Origin: Rhynchopus sp. YZ270_cl-10
Taxonomy: Eukaryota
DNA: 64,000 nucleotides
Direction: 5' to 3'
NCBI GenBank assembly: GCA_964035575.1
Contig: OZ037840.1
Location: forward strand, 992,001 to 1,056,000
Under the pieces are notes generated by a model. The model saw only the letters and a program-made list of their open reading frames with translations. It searched no databases and was not told where the DNA came from. Positions 1-12,358 of this stretch are shown here, one piece after another. Both the position numbers and the translations under genes were made by a program. The first letter of the stretch is position 1. Every line of letters begins with the position of its first letter.

Positions 1-150
1 CCCCCCTCCCCTCCCCTCCCCTCCCCTCCCCTCCCCTCCCCTCCCCTCCCCTCCCCTCCCCTCCCCTCCCCTCCCCTCCCCTCCCCTCCCCTCCCCTCCC
101 CTCCCCTCCCCTCCCCTCCCCTCCCCTCCCCTCCCCTCCTCCCCTCCTCC
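1..150. repeat. (CCCCT)n microsatellite, runs off the window start
   Basis: Near-perfect 5-bp tandem repeat from base 1 to about 150. Confidence 0.95.
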
Positions 151-224
151 CTTTATTTTTTTCCCGCCTATTTTCCTCCATTTTTAAAAGCCTTCACAAT
201 TCAACAGAAGCAAACACATCAATT

Positions 225-857
225 ATGGCCGACAAAAAAAATTTGACTGATCTGAACAAGACACTGCAGACCCAGGCTTACGTTTCGGGCACTGCACCGT
301 CGAAGGCTGACTCTGAGGCGTCTGACGCACTCTTTGGGGACAACATGAAGGCGATGCGCTGGGCTGCGAACATGGCTTCGTACTCTGCTGCCGAGCGCAA
401 ATCGTTCACCACTGCCGCTGCCTCTACCAGCACCTCCAAGGCAGACACACCCACCCCCGCACCCAAGAAGCGCAAGATCGAGATGACCAAAGCCGCCTGC
501 CGCCGTGCCATTGGAGGTGCCGAAGGTCTTGTCGACAACTCGCCCCTCGAGGATATCCAAAGCCGCGAAATCAAATGGACCTCGAACAAGGTGCGCCAGG
601 TCTTCGTCGACTTCTTCAAAGAGAAGAAGACCAACAACGGCGAGAAGATCCCCTTCCACGCCTCCTCCCCCTCGGTCCCCCTCGACGACCCGACCCTGCT
701 CTTCACCAACGCAGGCATGAACCAATTCAAGAAAATCTTCCTTGGCACCATCGACCCCACCGACAAGATGGTTGGCATGAAGGGCGCAACCAACTCCCAG
801 AAATGCGTCCGTGCTGGAGGAAAGCACAACGACCTGGACGACGTCGGGCGGGACACA

Positions 858-895
<38 letters not shown>

Positions 896-3800
896 GTTCG
901 GAGACTACTTCAAGGAGGAGAGCATTGCATGGACCTGGGAGCTTATGACTGAGATCTACGGTCTTCCGAAGGACCGTCTCTACGCAACGTACTTCGAGGG
1001 AAGCAAACAGCACGGCCTCCCTGCGGACACAGAGTCCAAGAACATCTGGCTCAAATACCTCCCCGCACACCAGGTCATCCCCGGCGATATGAAAGACAAC
1101 TTCTGGGAGATGGGTGAGGTCGGACCCTGCGGGCCTGCCTCCGAACTCCACTATGACAGAGTCGGGGGAAGAGACGCCTCGCACCTTGTCAACCAGGACG
1201 ACCCTTGCGTTCTGGAGCTGTGGAACCTTGTGTTCATGACTCACGACCGTTCCGAGAAGGGCCTCAAGGAGCTGCCTGCGAAGCACGTTGACACGGGGAT
1301 GGGGCTTGAGAGAATTGCCTCTGTGATGCAGAATGTGTTCAGCAACTACGACACGGATGGGTGGTGGAGCATCTTCGGCAAGATCCAGGAGGTGTCCAAG
1401 TTTGCGCACTCCTACTACAGCAAGGACTGCCCTGAGGACGCCGTTGTGGCATACCGTGTGGTGGCCGACCACATTCGCACCATCACCGTCACCCTCACCG
1501 ACGGAGGAGTCCCCGACAACAACGGACGCGGCTACGTTCTCCGCCGTATCATCCGCCGCGCCGTCCGCTTCGGAAAGGAATACCTCAACGCACCGGTTGG
1601 ATTCTTCTCTGAGCTTGCCGCCACCGTGGTCGCCGAGCTTGGCGGATTCTTCCCTGAGTTGCAGAAGAAGGGAAACCTCGACCGTGTGAAGGCAATCATC
1701 CTTGACGAAGAGAAGGGATTCGATAAGACCTATGAGACTGGAAAGAAGCATTTCGAAAAGGCGCTCGAAAACGCGAAGGGGGCAACGCAAAAGGCCGCGC
1801 AGAAGGGGAAGGTGGTGATCTCGGGGGAGGACTCCTTCACGCTGCACGACCGGTATGGGTTCCCGATTGATCTGACGATGATTATGGCGGAGAAGCTTGG
1901 CTGCGATGCACCGTTTGCGGACAACAAGGAGTTCGACAGACTCATGGAGGTGCAGAAGACCGGCGGAGGGAAAGGAAACAAAATGGCCAACCAATTTGTC
2001 AACACCCACAACATCGACATCCTCCAGAAGCAGAATGTCGCAACCACAGATGACGCACAGAAGTACACCTGGGAGAACAGCACTGCCAAGGTCCTCTCCA
2101 TCCTCGACAAACACACCGACGCTCTTGTCACAGAGCTTTCCCAACCCAAGGTCGACCCGAAAGACAAAAAGCCCAAGGTGTCCCCCACAGAACATATGTG
2201 CATCCTCACCGACAAGACCAACTTCTACTATGAGAGCGGAGGACAGATCTGGGACACCGGAGTCATTTCTGCAAAGGATGGGTCCTTCTCTGCGAAGATT
2301 GTGAAGGTGCTCAGCATGGGGGGATACATTGCGCACATCGGACACATCACGAAGGGAACCGCCACCGTTGGCGCTGAGGTGAACATGGAGGTTGACTTTA
2401 CCCGCAGAGTGAAGGTCGGCGCGAACCACACCGGAACCCACGAGCTCAACCACTGCCTCAGAAAGGTTCTCGAGAAGGAGAACACCTACGTCGAGGTGAA
2501 CCAGAAGGGGTCCTCTGTGGACCCGGACTGCCTGAGGTTCGACTTTTCGTGGAATGAGAAGCCGAAGACGGCTGAGATTGAGGAGGTGTCGACCATGATG
2601 AACGCCAGCATCGCTGCGAAGAAGCGTGTGTACGCGAAGGTGGTCCCCCTCAAGCAGGCCTCAGAGATCCACGGCATTCGCATGATGTTCGGTGAGAAGT
2701 ACCCCGACCCGGTGCGCGTCGTGTCCGTCGGTGCCGACATCGACGAAATGCTCGCCAACCCCTCCAACCCCGAGTGGAAGAAGTACAGCGTGGAGTTCTG
2801 CGGAGGTACCCACCTTGAGACTCTTGAGGAGATGCAGTCTGCCGTCATTGTTGGAGAGGAGTCCACCATGAAGGGGATTCGTCGTATGACCGTCCTTACG
2901 CGTGATGCCGCAAAGAAGGTATTCGAATTTTTTTGAAAACTTTTATCATTTGAGTTCTGTACAATCCTGTAAGCTCCAAGAATAATGGAGTAGTCGGGAG
3001 GGGGCTAAAGAAGCAGGTTGCCTTCCTTTTTATTAGATGTAAGACTGCCTGGGGGTCCTCCCTCAAGTCATACCAAAGGTACACTGTGATGAGAGGGTTG
3101 TTGTAAGTCACTATAAAATTTTAATTTAACCCCCTTCAGGCCGAGACGGACATGGAGAGCGCAAACGGACAGTTCGAGACACTCTCGAAGGACAGCAGCA
3201 AGCCCATTGATGACCAGATCAAATCGATGACAGTTCTGAGCAAGAAGGTCGGTGAGATGACACTCCCGATTACCAAGAAGAACGCGCTGCAGGCCAACAT
3301 CGATGCGAAGATCAAGGCCCTGCACCAGGACAAGAAGGCCGAGGCACAGAAGGTCAAGAAGGAGGCACTCGCTAAGGGCAAGGAAATCGCTGCCGCCATC
3401 ACCGGCAAGGTCCTTGTCCAGGTGATCAACACCTGGGGAGCGAACAACAACGCCCTCACAGAGCTCTCCACTGCGATCCTCGCAGACAAGCCTGAGGTCA
3501 GCCTCTTCTTGTGCGCCACCGATGCTACGTCGGGCAAGGGTCTTGCGATGTCCTTCGTCCCCAAGGGCGCGGTATGTAATCAATATAATCTATCCTGTAC
3601 TGCATTCAGTTGTGTGTGACTGAGTGTGGGGATGCATTCAAGAATTATACTCTTCCCCCCAATCCCCCCGTCTCTGGTTTCTTTTATCCAAACGTCGGGT
3701 GGATGCGTAATAATTTTTGATATGAATGACCGTTTAGTAAAATTAGCTGCCTTTTTCTCGATAAATTTGGAGTGTAGTTGCCTTCCAAAATGTGCAATCT

Positions 3801-3986
3801 CCACTTTCCGCTTTTCAAACTTTTTCAAACTTATTCACACAGGGCAAATCCGCAAAGGACTGGATCCAGGCTGCGTGTGTGAAGGGAGGAGGGTCTGCTG
3901 AAAGGGCACAGACAGGATACCCCGCTGCCAACGAGGCAGAGGTTGTTGAGAAGGCGAACAAATGGGCCGGTGAGAACCTCCAGTAG
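225..3986 (+). CDS. AARS: Alanyl-tRNA synthetase, cytosolic type, 3 exons (225-2918, 3140-3571, 3843-3986), about 1089 aa
   Basis: Motifs DPTLLFTNAGMNQFK, SQKCVRAGGKHNDLDDVG, HHTFFEMLGNWSFGDYFK, DNFWEMGEVGPCGP, DTGMGLER; editing motifs HTGTH and EFCGGTH. Two phase-0 GT-AG introns (2919-3139, 3572-3842) join the ORFs in frame to TAG at 3984-3986. Confidence 0.95.
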
Positions 3987-5020
3987 AACATGAGTGGTTT
4001 CTGCGAAAATTTCTGCGAAAAAAAAAGAAAAAGACAAGAAGAAAGGGAGGGTCAAGGGAAGAGATCGTTCAGAGTTCCAAAACCCTTCCATTTTTTTTTT
4101 CCAGAAAAGAATAAAATAATAAAATTGCTGTTTTTTTTTATGAGATGTGTTTTGCACATTTCTTCCAAAGTTTTATTTTCTTTGTATTTTGTTTTTCTAG
4201 GGGGAAGGGGTTAAAAATGGGTTAAAAAATGTTTTGGAGTTTTATTTATGAACGGCTTATTTATCTGCTTTGTTTCGGGGTGGTGTGAGAGAGGTTCACC
4301 TGACCAACTATTTATCTATTCCTTTATGAAGCAATGAAAAATGCAGGAAAAAATAAAAAAAACAAAACAAACCAGCATAGTAGAGCACACTCTAGGGTGG
4401 CTACACTAATACAACAATTTTTTTTCAAAAAAAAAAAAAAAAATCAACAAAAAAAGGGGGGCGTTATTGTGAAAGGAAAAGGTATTGGGCTTAGTTCAGG
4501 GTATGACGTAAGCACAACGAAGGCTTTGGTTTTCAGCTCTTACAACAGCATTTTTCTTTCTCTCTCTTTTCCCTCTTCCTGACCAAACCCTCCCCAGCCA
4601 CCTTTCTTTTGCCTAAACCCTTTCTTTGAAGGGATTCAATGAGCGCTGTCTGTTTAGATTTTTTTAAAGATACTCGGGTACTTCTTTAGCACCCTCTGTA
4701 CCTTCTTTTCATTAGAAAAAGAATGTATAATACTGTAGCGATGAAGCAGTCTGAGAAAACGACCTGATTTTTTTTAGTTTGGTGGAGTTTGATGGAGTTT
4801 GGCGGTGGTTGGGCCAAATATCAAATCAGACGGTATATTTCTTTGGCTATCTACGGTGTTTTACATTAGAAGAAAATAAAGGATTTCTCTAACCTCCACT
4901 TGGTAAAAGTGAAATTGTGTTCTTTATTTTTTTTCTAAAAAAAAAACAATCATCGATGTTTGAGGTGAAATCTATCGCATTCATCTTGTCTATTCGATGC
5001 AAAAATTAGGGAAGAAAAAC

Positions 5021-5089
5021 GACAGTGGAGTTTGCACAAACTGTGGCAACACAACCGAGGCAATTTACACTACTCCCAACAATTTATCA
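5021..5089 (+). repeat. About 70-bp short interspersed repeat, family A
   Basis: Consensus GACAGTGGAGATTGCACAAACTGTGGCAACACAACCGAGGCAACTACACTACTCCAACAATTTATCA plus A-rich tail. Also at 12293, 35035, 39096 and a degenerate reversed copy at 3760-3805. Confidence 0.85.
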
Positions 5090-5602
5090 GAAAAACAAAA
5101 AAAAAAAAAAAAAATCTCAGTAACATTTCAGCTGCCTTGAAGACTTTCGAGAGAGGCGTGACGAAGAAGAAGAAGAAGGGGGAAGGGGGGAACATATTAT
5201 TTTTTGGGGTAAATCAATTTTGGGGCCTTTTTTAAAAAATAAAATAGAAGATTTTGATGAAGTTTTCTGTTCTTTTTTTATGCGTTTTGCTGGTGTGTGT
5301 CAAGTCCCTCAAGTGCTAATTTTACTGCGCTTGCCATTTTTTAAAAAAAAACCAATCTTTTTTTCTTTTCTCTGTGTGTGAGTAGTGAAGTGTTTTATTA
5401 TCGCTTGCTATTTTTTATATGGGGGAGGGGTGTTTCAGAGGTGATGGAACAAAAGACAACTATGAAATCAACGATTTTCTTTTTTTTTTCTTCTTTTTTT
5501 TTCTTTTTTGCATTTTTTGTCATGCATGGACGGAGGTGTTTATTTTATTTTTTCAAAAAAAACAATGGACCTCCGTCTCCCTCCCCACGTTTTTTTCTTC
5601 TT

Positions 5603-5781
5603 TGTCACCTCATGAAATGAAGGAGGAAATAGAAACAACGCACTTTGAACACACTTTTGCGGTTCTGGGGGACGAACCGCGCTGCAGAGCCACCTCCTCA
5701 CCCAAACAGGTTGAGGTGCGTTTCACCACAACCTGTCTCCCATGGGTTTTATCGTTGTGATGAGTTGTTACGTTTCTATTT
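5603..5781 (+). repeat. About 180-bp interspersed repeat, family B
   Basis: TGTCACCTCATGAAATGAAGGAGGAAATAG...GTTTCTATTT; other copies at 23752-23916 (minus) and 34341-34825 (interrupted by a MITE). Confidence 0.9.
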
Positions 5782-6366
5782 CCCATTTTCTCTAAACAAT
5801 AACAATTCGACCACCTCCTACTCCGCCAGAAGCGACGATTTGTATCCCACCTTTTGATCCTCTTCAACCGGGCTCCCACCGTACTCTCTTCAGCATCTCG
5901 CTCAGCTCCCCGCATTCCTCCGCCTGCCACCCTGTGTTTTTGTTATCCCCGCATCGCAAAGAGCAAACACTGTTCCCTCCCTCGGTAACTACCATCATGG
6001 GCCACCGTTTCTTCGGACCGAATCAAACAAAAGTAGAGCACTGTAATTACTTCGAACAGCTCCGTCCTGTTCGCCGTCTGTCCAGCCGCAGCTGCTGTCA
6101 TCACGTCGGAAGCGATATTCCTGGAGGAGGTACGGTGGCGGGTGTTTTCCTACCAAGAGACAGAGCTGCTCTCTATGTGGTGGGAGCGCTCCCGCTCCCA
6201 CTCCCGCCGCTGCCTAGTAGTGCTCCCACGCCCCCTCGGTAGTGGGCTCTCACGCCTGAGCCCTGAGCCGCATTAGCTTGTCGCCCGCTATCGACTCGTC
6301 GTACGTCTCCATTAGCGTTTTTTTTCGTGCAAGCGATTCCCATACACAGACATACACAACTCAACA

Positions 6367-8335
6367 ATGGTGCAGCCGTTTATCAATGAGATGAACACAG
6401 AGTATGATAAGCTCCACAGGGCTTTTGAGGACAACTTCTGGGCTACGAAGATGGCGTTGAAAGGGAGCAGCGCAGACGAGCTGACCCGGACAAAGAACGA
6501 GTACGAGGGCTTCTTACGCAGCAAGGACCGTCTTGCGCAGATCCGCACACACCTTGCCGCTGCCAACGACGAGCAGAAGCGCACCCTCAGGATCATGGAG
6601 CGCACCTTCCTCTGCCACGTCACAGAGAGTGCCGAGGCCGAGCGCTTGAAGGTTGCGTGCGTTGCGCTTGAGTCGAAGCTTGCACAGAAGCGTGACGAGA
6701 TGGTCATCGGCTACGTCGACCCCTCCACAGGCGAATTCAAGAAGTCCAGCCAAAAAGGCCTCAGCAACCTGAAGAGCACCTCCCCCGACGAGGCAGTACG
6801 CAAGGCCTGCGACGAAGGCAGCAAGAAGATCGGACCCTACCTAGCAGAAGACTTCTGCGAGATCGTCAAGATGCGCAACAAATTCTCCAAACTCTCCGGC
6901 TACGGCGACTTCTACGAGTACAAGATCCAGACCACAGAGGCCATGACCAAGGCTGAGCTCTTCGTCATCCTCGACGACCTTGAGCAAAAGACACGCGAGA
7001 CCACTGTCAAGGCACGCCAGCACCTCGCAGACGCAAAGGGCGAGGACGCCCTCAAATCCTACAACATGGGCTACGCGATGTCCGGCAGTGTCGTCAAGGA
7101 GACGGACCCCTACTTCCCCTTCAGCGAGTCTGTCAGCGCCTGGGCACGCTCCTTCGCCGCCCTGGGCATACAGTACAAGCAGTCCACCATGAACCTCGAC
7201 CTCTGTGCGCGTGAGAACAAATACGACAACGGGTTCTGCCACTGGCCGCAGTGTCCGTACGTCCTCCCGGACGGCACCCTCAAGCCGTGTGTGACAAACT
7301 TCACTTCCCTAGCGGAGCCCTCGCGGGTCGGTTCGGGCCAGACCGCCCTGAAGACGTTGATGCATGAAGGTGGACACGCTGCGCACTTTGCAAACGTCGA
7401 GCAGCCGTCGCCGTTCTTCTCGCAGGAGCGTGCGCCGATGTCGGTTTCGTACGCCGAGAACCAATCGATGTTCTTGGACTCGCTTGTAGGTGATGCAGCC
7501 TGGCAGGGGCGCTACGGGAAGTCGAAGGACGGCAAGGTGATCCCATGGGAGATCATCGAGAAGAGGATCCGCCAGACGCACAACTACCAGGTGTTCCGTA
7601 CCAGAGGGATGCTGGTTGTGCCGTACTTCGAGAAGGCGCTGTACGAGCTCCCCGAGGACCAGGTCACACCCGAGGTTGTCCTCAAGCTTGCCGACGAGAT
7701 CGACAAGAAGATCTACCTCGGCGAGTGCGCACGCCCCGTCATCACTGTGCCGCACATCCTTGCGGATGAGTCCGCCTGCTACTACCAGGGCTACATCCTG
7801 GCCAACATGAGTGTCTACCAGACACGCGCACACTTCATGAAAAAGTACGGCTTCCTCACCGACAACGAGAACATCGGCAACGACCTGCGCGACATCTACT
7901 GGAAGGCCGGCAACAGCGAGCCCTTCCTCGACCTGGTCAAGAACATGACAGGCGCACCTCTCACAGCCGATGCCATGGTCGCCGTGTACAACCAGGACAT
8001 GGACGAGAGGGTATGCCATCTTTCAACAATTCAAAACACAACACAATAAACAGCTTGTCTCTGAGAAGAAGGACTACGAGGCAGCTGTGAAGGCTGGCCC
8101 CAAGTACTCCGACAAGGACGACGTGATCAAGATGCTCAACATGCGCATGCGTCTCGTCCACGGCGATGAGTGTATTGCCGACTCTGAGGTATGTACAGGT
8201 GTACACCACTTATGTGTGCAAATCGCGCCAAATGCCCCACCTATCCTTACCCGTACACCATAACAGTCGGACGGCTGGGGTGCAATCGAGAAGTACACCA
8301 AATGGCTCGGGGAGGCCTTCCCCAAGGAAGGCTAG
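6367..8335 (+). CDS. M3-family zinc metallopeptidase (oligopeptidase-like), 3 exons (6367-8010, 8054-8188, 8267-8335)
   Basis: Zinc motif TLMHEGGHAAH, downstream YAENQSMFLD, HILADESACYY. Introns 8011-8053 (43 nt) and 8189-8266 are GTATG...CAG and keep the frame to TAG 8333-8335. Confidence 0.85.
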
Positions 8336-9718
8336 TACGGCGTTGATCTGTAAGGGAAAAAAAAGGTTAGTGGAGTTCATCCTCGGGTGTCTAACACTAA
8401 TACGACCAAGTTTTCAAAAAGAAGTTTTTAAAAAAAGGGGGGAAGGAAAACTGTCTTCGAAAGTGCGCATACCGCCATCTGTGCAACGTTCTAGCTTCAT
8501 ATTTACATATTTTTTTTGTGCTGCTTTTTCTGTGCATTTTCTAAATACTACGGTTAACCTTTTGTTGTGCTTCAGTGTCTCCATTTGGTTATAAGCGAGA
8601 GGCTTAGGGTCATCTTATAAACTTTTCTTTGTTTTGGGTGAGAGGATCGCCGTCTTCTCAGCCTCGTCGGCCCACATCACCATCTCGAACTCGTAGCCCT
8701 TCGACTGCAGATGAGCTTCGAAGCGAGACCAGGGACAAAGACAGTGTCTGTAAAGCCGCAAATGTGATCGTCCTGTATAGTCCTTCTGTCTGCACACTTC
8801 ATGGGTATCGTTGAGTCTCGCTCTGGTTGGTTTGGTTGTGTCAGGATTGTTGCATGAAGTCTCGCTCTAGTCGGTCATGTATGTCAACAGTTGACATGCG
8901 AAGGGATGGTTTGGTTGTGTTGTGATCGTTGTATTTTTAGAATCTGACATCGGGTTCTACTGGGACGCAAGACTTCGGGACCCGAACCACCTGAAGGCGT
9001 CGAAGCGTCCCGCAGAAGGAGATGACATGAGGTGAAGAAAAAGTTGTCGTACATATTCAAATGTATACACATACACAGCTTCTCCCATCCTGCAATGCTC
9101 CAGCGCGGTCTTTTCTCCGATTCCTCCGCGGAGCGTATCGTTCAACCCATCGATCAGCTGCTAGCTCTTCGTCTTGGTTCTCGGGGAGACATGGGAAAAA
9201 TTGATGATATTTTTCCGTTGGAAGCTCCCAGAGCCTACCTCTTCCCAGGCATGCCCTGCATTCGGGGATCTTGTCGCTATTCACGTGGCCCGCTCACTCC
9301 GATTTCTCATCTCTCGTTCACCATGCGTTACGTCTTTGCCACATTTTTTTAAAAAAAATGTACACACCCTATTGACCCCATTGTTAACTCAAAATCCGAT
9401 GGTGATGATATAAAACTGTACAAACACACCACACAAAAGCAACACAACACAACAGGAACGATACAAGGGTGCAGCACAACCCCACCCCCCATCCCTCCAC
9501 CCCCCTCCAACCGTTAACGTGCTACACACAGTCTCTTCTATTGCTTGAATAGCTCCCCCCCACACACCATTTCGTTTTCCTACCACATCCCTACACTATA
9601 AGGCAGCTTACGGTGATAGGTGCATCTTACGATTTTTTTGGATTTTTTTTGTGATTTTTTTTCTTCTCCACACATTCCCATATTTGTCTTTTTGTTTGGT
9701 GGTCGTTAGAGAACAATA

Positions 9719-11566
9719 ATGTCGGACGATGATCGTAGTGTTGATGCTGACGTTGAGGCTGCCAATGTGCCCGCAGAAGAACCCTTTAAGTTTCGATGGA
9801 GCACCCTGTGGACCTACACAGGCCCTGGGTTCTTGATGTCCATCGCGTACCTCGACCCTGGAAACATCGAGGCAGATTTGCAGGCTGGATGGAAAACTGG
9901 GTACACCCTGCTGTGGGTGCTGCTGTGGGCTACGCTGATGGGGCTGGTCCTCCAGGTGATGTCCGTGAAGCTTGGGATCGTAACCGGTATGTTTTTTTTT
10001 ACCCTCTCTCCCCCTGGAGAAAATGAGATTATTTAGTTGGGAGTTTATTGGGATGCACAGCGCAGCTGATGCTGTGCGATACCGAATATGATAAGGTCAC
10101 TAAGAGAGCCACCACACAAAAAATCAAAATGACTGATGAATAAACCAAAGAATAATCTAATCAGACTAAGCATGAGAGGCTTAGGTTCATCTTATAAACT
10201 TTTCTTTATTTTTTTTTCAGGCAAGCATCTTGCAGAGCATTGCGCTGACGCCTTTCCACGTCCAGTACGTTATACATTGTGGGTGATGGCAGAAATCGCG
10301 ATTATTTGCGTTGATTGCCAAGAGGTGGTCGGAACGGCCATTGCAATCAACATTCTGAGCAACGGGGCCATCAAGGTGCCGATCGGCGTGCTGATGACCG
10401 CACTGTTCTCTTTGGTGTTCCTTCTGATGGACCGATGCGTACGCCAGCTCGAACTCTTCTTTGGCATTCTCATCGCAATTATGTCCATTGCCTTTGGCGT
10501 CCAATATTTCGACCAACTCCCACCCCAAGGCGAAGTCCTAGCTGGATCCATTATCCCTCGTGTACCTGCATCCGATGTTTCTACCGCTGTGGGTCTTATT
10601 GGAGCGGTGATTATGCCGCACAACCTTTACCTTCATTCAGCCTTGGTGCTTTCAAGAAACATTGATATAAAAGACAAAGCGAAGGTGCACGAAGCTGTAT
10701 ATTACAATCGTATTGACAGCACCTTTGCACTGCTGTTTTCTTTTGTGATCAATCTCTTCGTTGTGTGCGTCTTCGCAAACTGCCAGGTGGAAGGGGTTGA
10801 CAGCATTGGGCTGGGCGACGCGGGGGATAGGCTGACGGTCTGTTATGACGGACGCCGTGCGTTTCAGTACATTTTTGCGGTGGGGTTGCTAGCTTCAGGG
10901 CAGGCTGCGACCGTTACATCAACGTACGCAGGGCAATACGTCATGCAAGGATATTTAAACCTGCAGATTAGCGCATGGAAACGCTCTTTTTTGTCAAGAG
11001 CCATCGCTATCGGTCCTGGCCTTCTCATTGCGATAGTGGCTGTAGACCATATAGATGACATGCAGGAGTGGCTGAACGTTGTGCAGTCGATTCAACTGCC
11101 TTTTGCGATTATTCCACTCCTCTATTTTGTGAATAACAAAACGGTTCTCGGGAGCTGGGTGAATTCTGCCGCAAATTATTATGCAGGGTGGGCGATTTCC
11201 CTCGTAGTGGTCCTAGCAAATGTGTATCTGGTAGGGGATCTGGTGCGGCAGGTCTTCAAGGGGGCGTCCTTCTCCTTTACAATGTTTGTCGCGGTGCTTG
11301 CCCTGCTTCTGTTTGGGGTGATGTACGTATTGTTGGTGGGGTGGTTGGTGTTGATTGCATTTGGCCGCATTGCGCTGCCCGAACAAATCCCAGGGGAGGA
11401 TGATGGAAACAGCAGTACCGGGGATGGAGGAGCTGGAGGAGGAGGAGGAAGAGGGGCCGAAGAAGAGGAAGAGGAACTAAACGAACGCCCCCCTGCGATT
11501 AGGGAGGCATCCTCCAGCGTCTTGAGTGACGATGCAACGGAGAGGACAGAAATGCTGGGTGGGTGA
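9719..11566 (+). CDS. NRAMP: NRAMP-family divalent metal transporter, 2 exons (9719-9986, 10221-11566)
   Basis: GPGFLMSIAYLDPGN, AVIMPHNLYLHS, GQ..TYAGQYVMQG motifs. The phase-1 intron 9987-10220 restores VTGKHLAE. Confidence 0.93.
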
Positions 11567-11605
11567 GGGGTGTCTTTTTTTTAAATGGGGGTATTTTTCG
11601 AACCA

Positions 11606-12204
11606 CAGTGCTCTCAAGATCCTCCACGTAGGGGAGGATATTTCCTCCAGGAGCTTTTTTTTTTTTTTTCAGGCTTTTTTGGTGGAGGATTTCCTCCAAT
11701 TTTTTTTTTTTTTGGCGGGCTCGGGTGGAGGATTATCCTCCTAGGGGTTTTATAGTGGGGGGTCACTTTGTCTCCCCCGAGGGAGCCAATATTTTCCCGA
11801 GCCTGTATGCACCGTCCAGGGCTGCACCTTACAAAAAAATTTGCTTGCGGCGCCATTTTCATTTTTTGCTACTCAAAAAAAGGGTTCGTTGAGTGATTCT
11901 GTGGTGTAAAAGGAAGCATTTTTACACCGTACCCCAATTTTTTTTCGCCTGCGGCGCCATTTATATTATTTTTTTGCTCCGCAAAAAAATAGAGTTGGCA
12001 ATGTCTTTGGATACCCTTGCATTTTGTTATCTCGCAAAATTGACCCGCCTCTCCGCTCTGTGGCTGTCAGGGAGGCGCGCGCGAAGCGCGCGACGACCGC
12101 TTGTTGCGGGGGAAAATTTTTTTTTTGGGGGGTTTTTTTTGCAAAAACGAATCCTCCTCATTTCGAAAATTCTGCTTTTTTCGTGGAGGATCTTGAGAGC
12201 CCTG
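11606..12204. mobile_element. hAT-type MITE (599 bp), 8-bp TSD TCGAACCA
   Basis: TIRs CAGTGCTCTCAAGATCCTCCACG / CGTGGAGGATCTTGAGAGCCCTG; TCGAACCA at 11598-11605 and 12205-12212. Confidence 0.85.
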
Positions 12205-12292
12205 TCGAACCACCTGATTTTTTTTTTTTTGAAGCACACCCTCCAAGAAGGCGTTTCAAAAAAAAATCAGGTGAAAATGAAGAAAATAAAAT

Positions 12293-12358
12293 GACAGTGG
12301 AGATTGCACAAACTGTGGCAACACAAACCGAGGGAACTAGACTCCAACAATTTATCAA
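12293..12358 (+). repeat. Family A short repeat copy
   Basis: Matches 5021-5089. Confidence 0.85.

Noticed and set aside
1..150. (CCCCT)n as a telomere
   Set aside because: Not the TTAGGG-type repeat expected for Euglenozoa, and it directly abuts a housekeeping gene; treated as a microsatellite.
219..2453. 744-aa minus-strand ORF
   Set aside because: Antisense shadow of the codon-biased AlaRS gene; no motifs of its own.
5750..5765. Hammerhead ribozyme or C/D box in family B (GTGATGAG)
   Set aside because: Lacks the CUGANGA/GAAA core and a properly placed CUGA D box.
5790..6310. GC-rich coding-like stretch, and a similar one at 8630-9330
   Set aside because: Short broken ORFs with no motif I can identify; possibly decayed elements, but not supportable.
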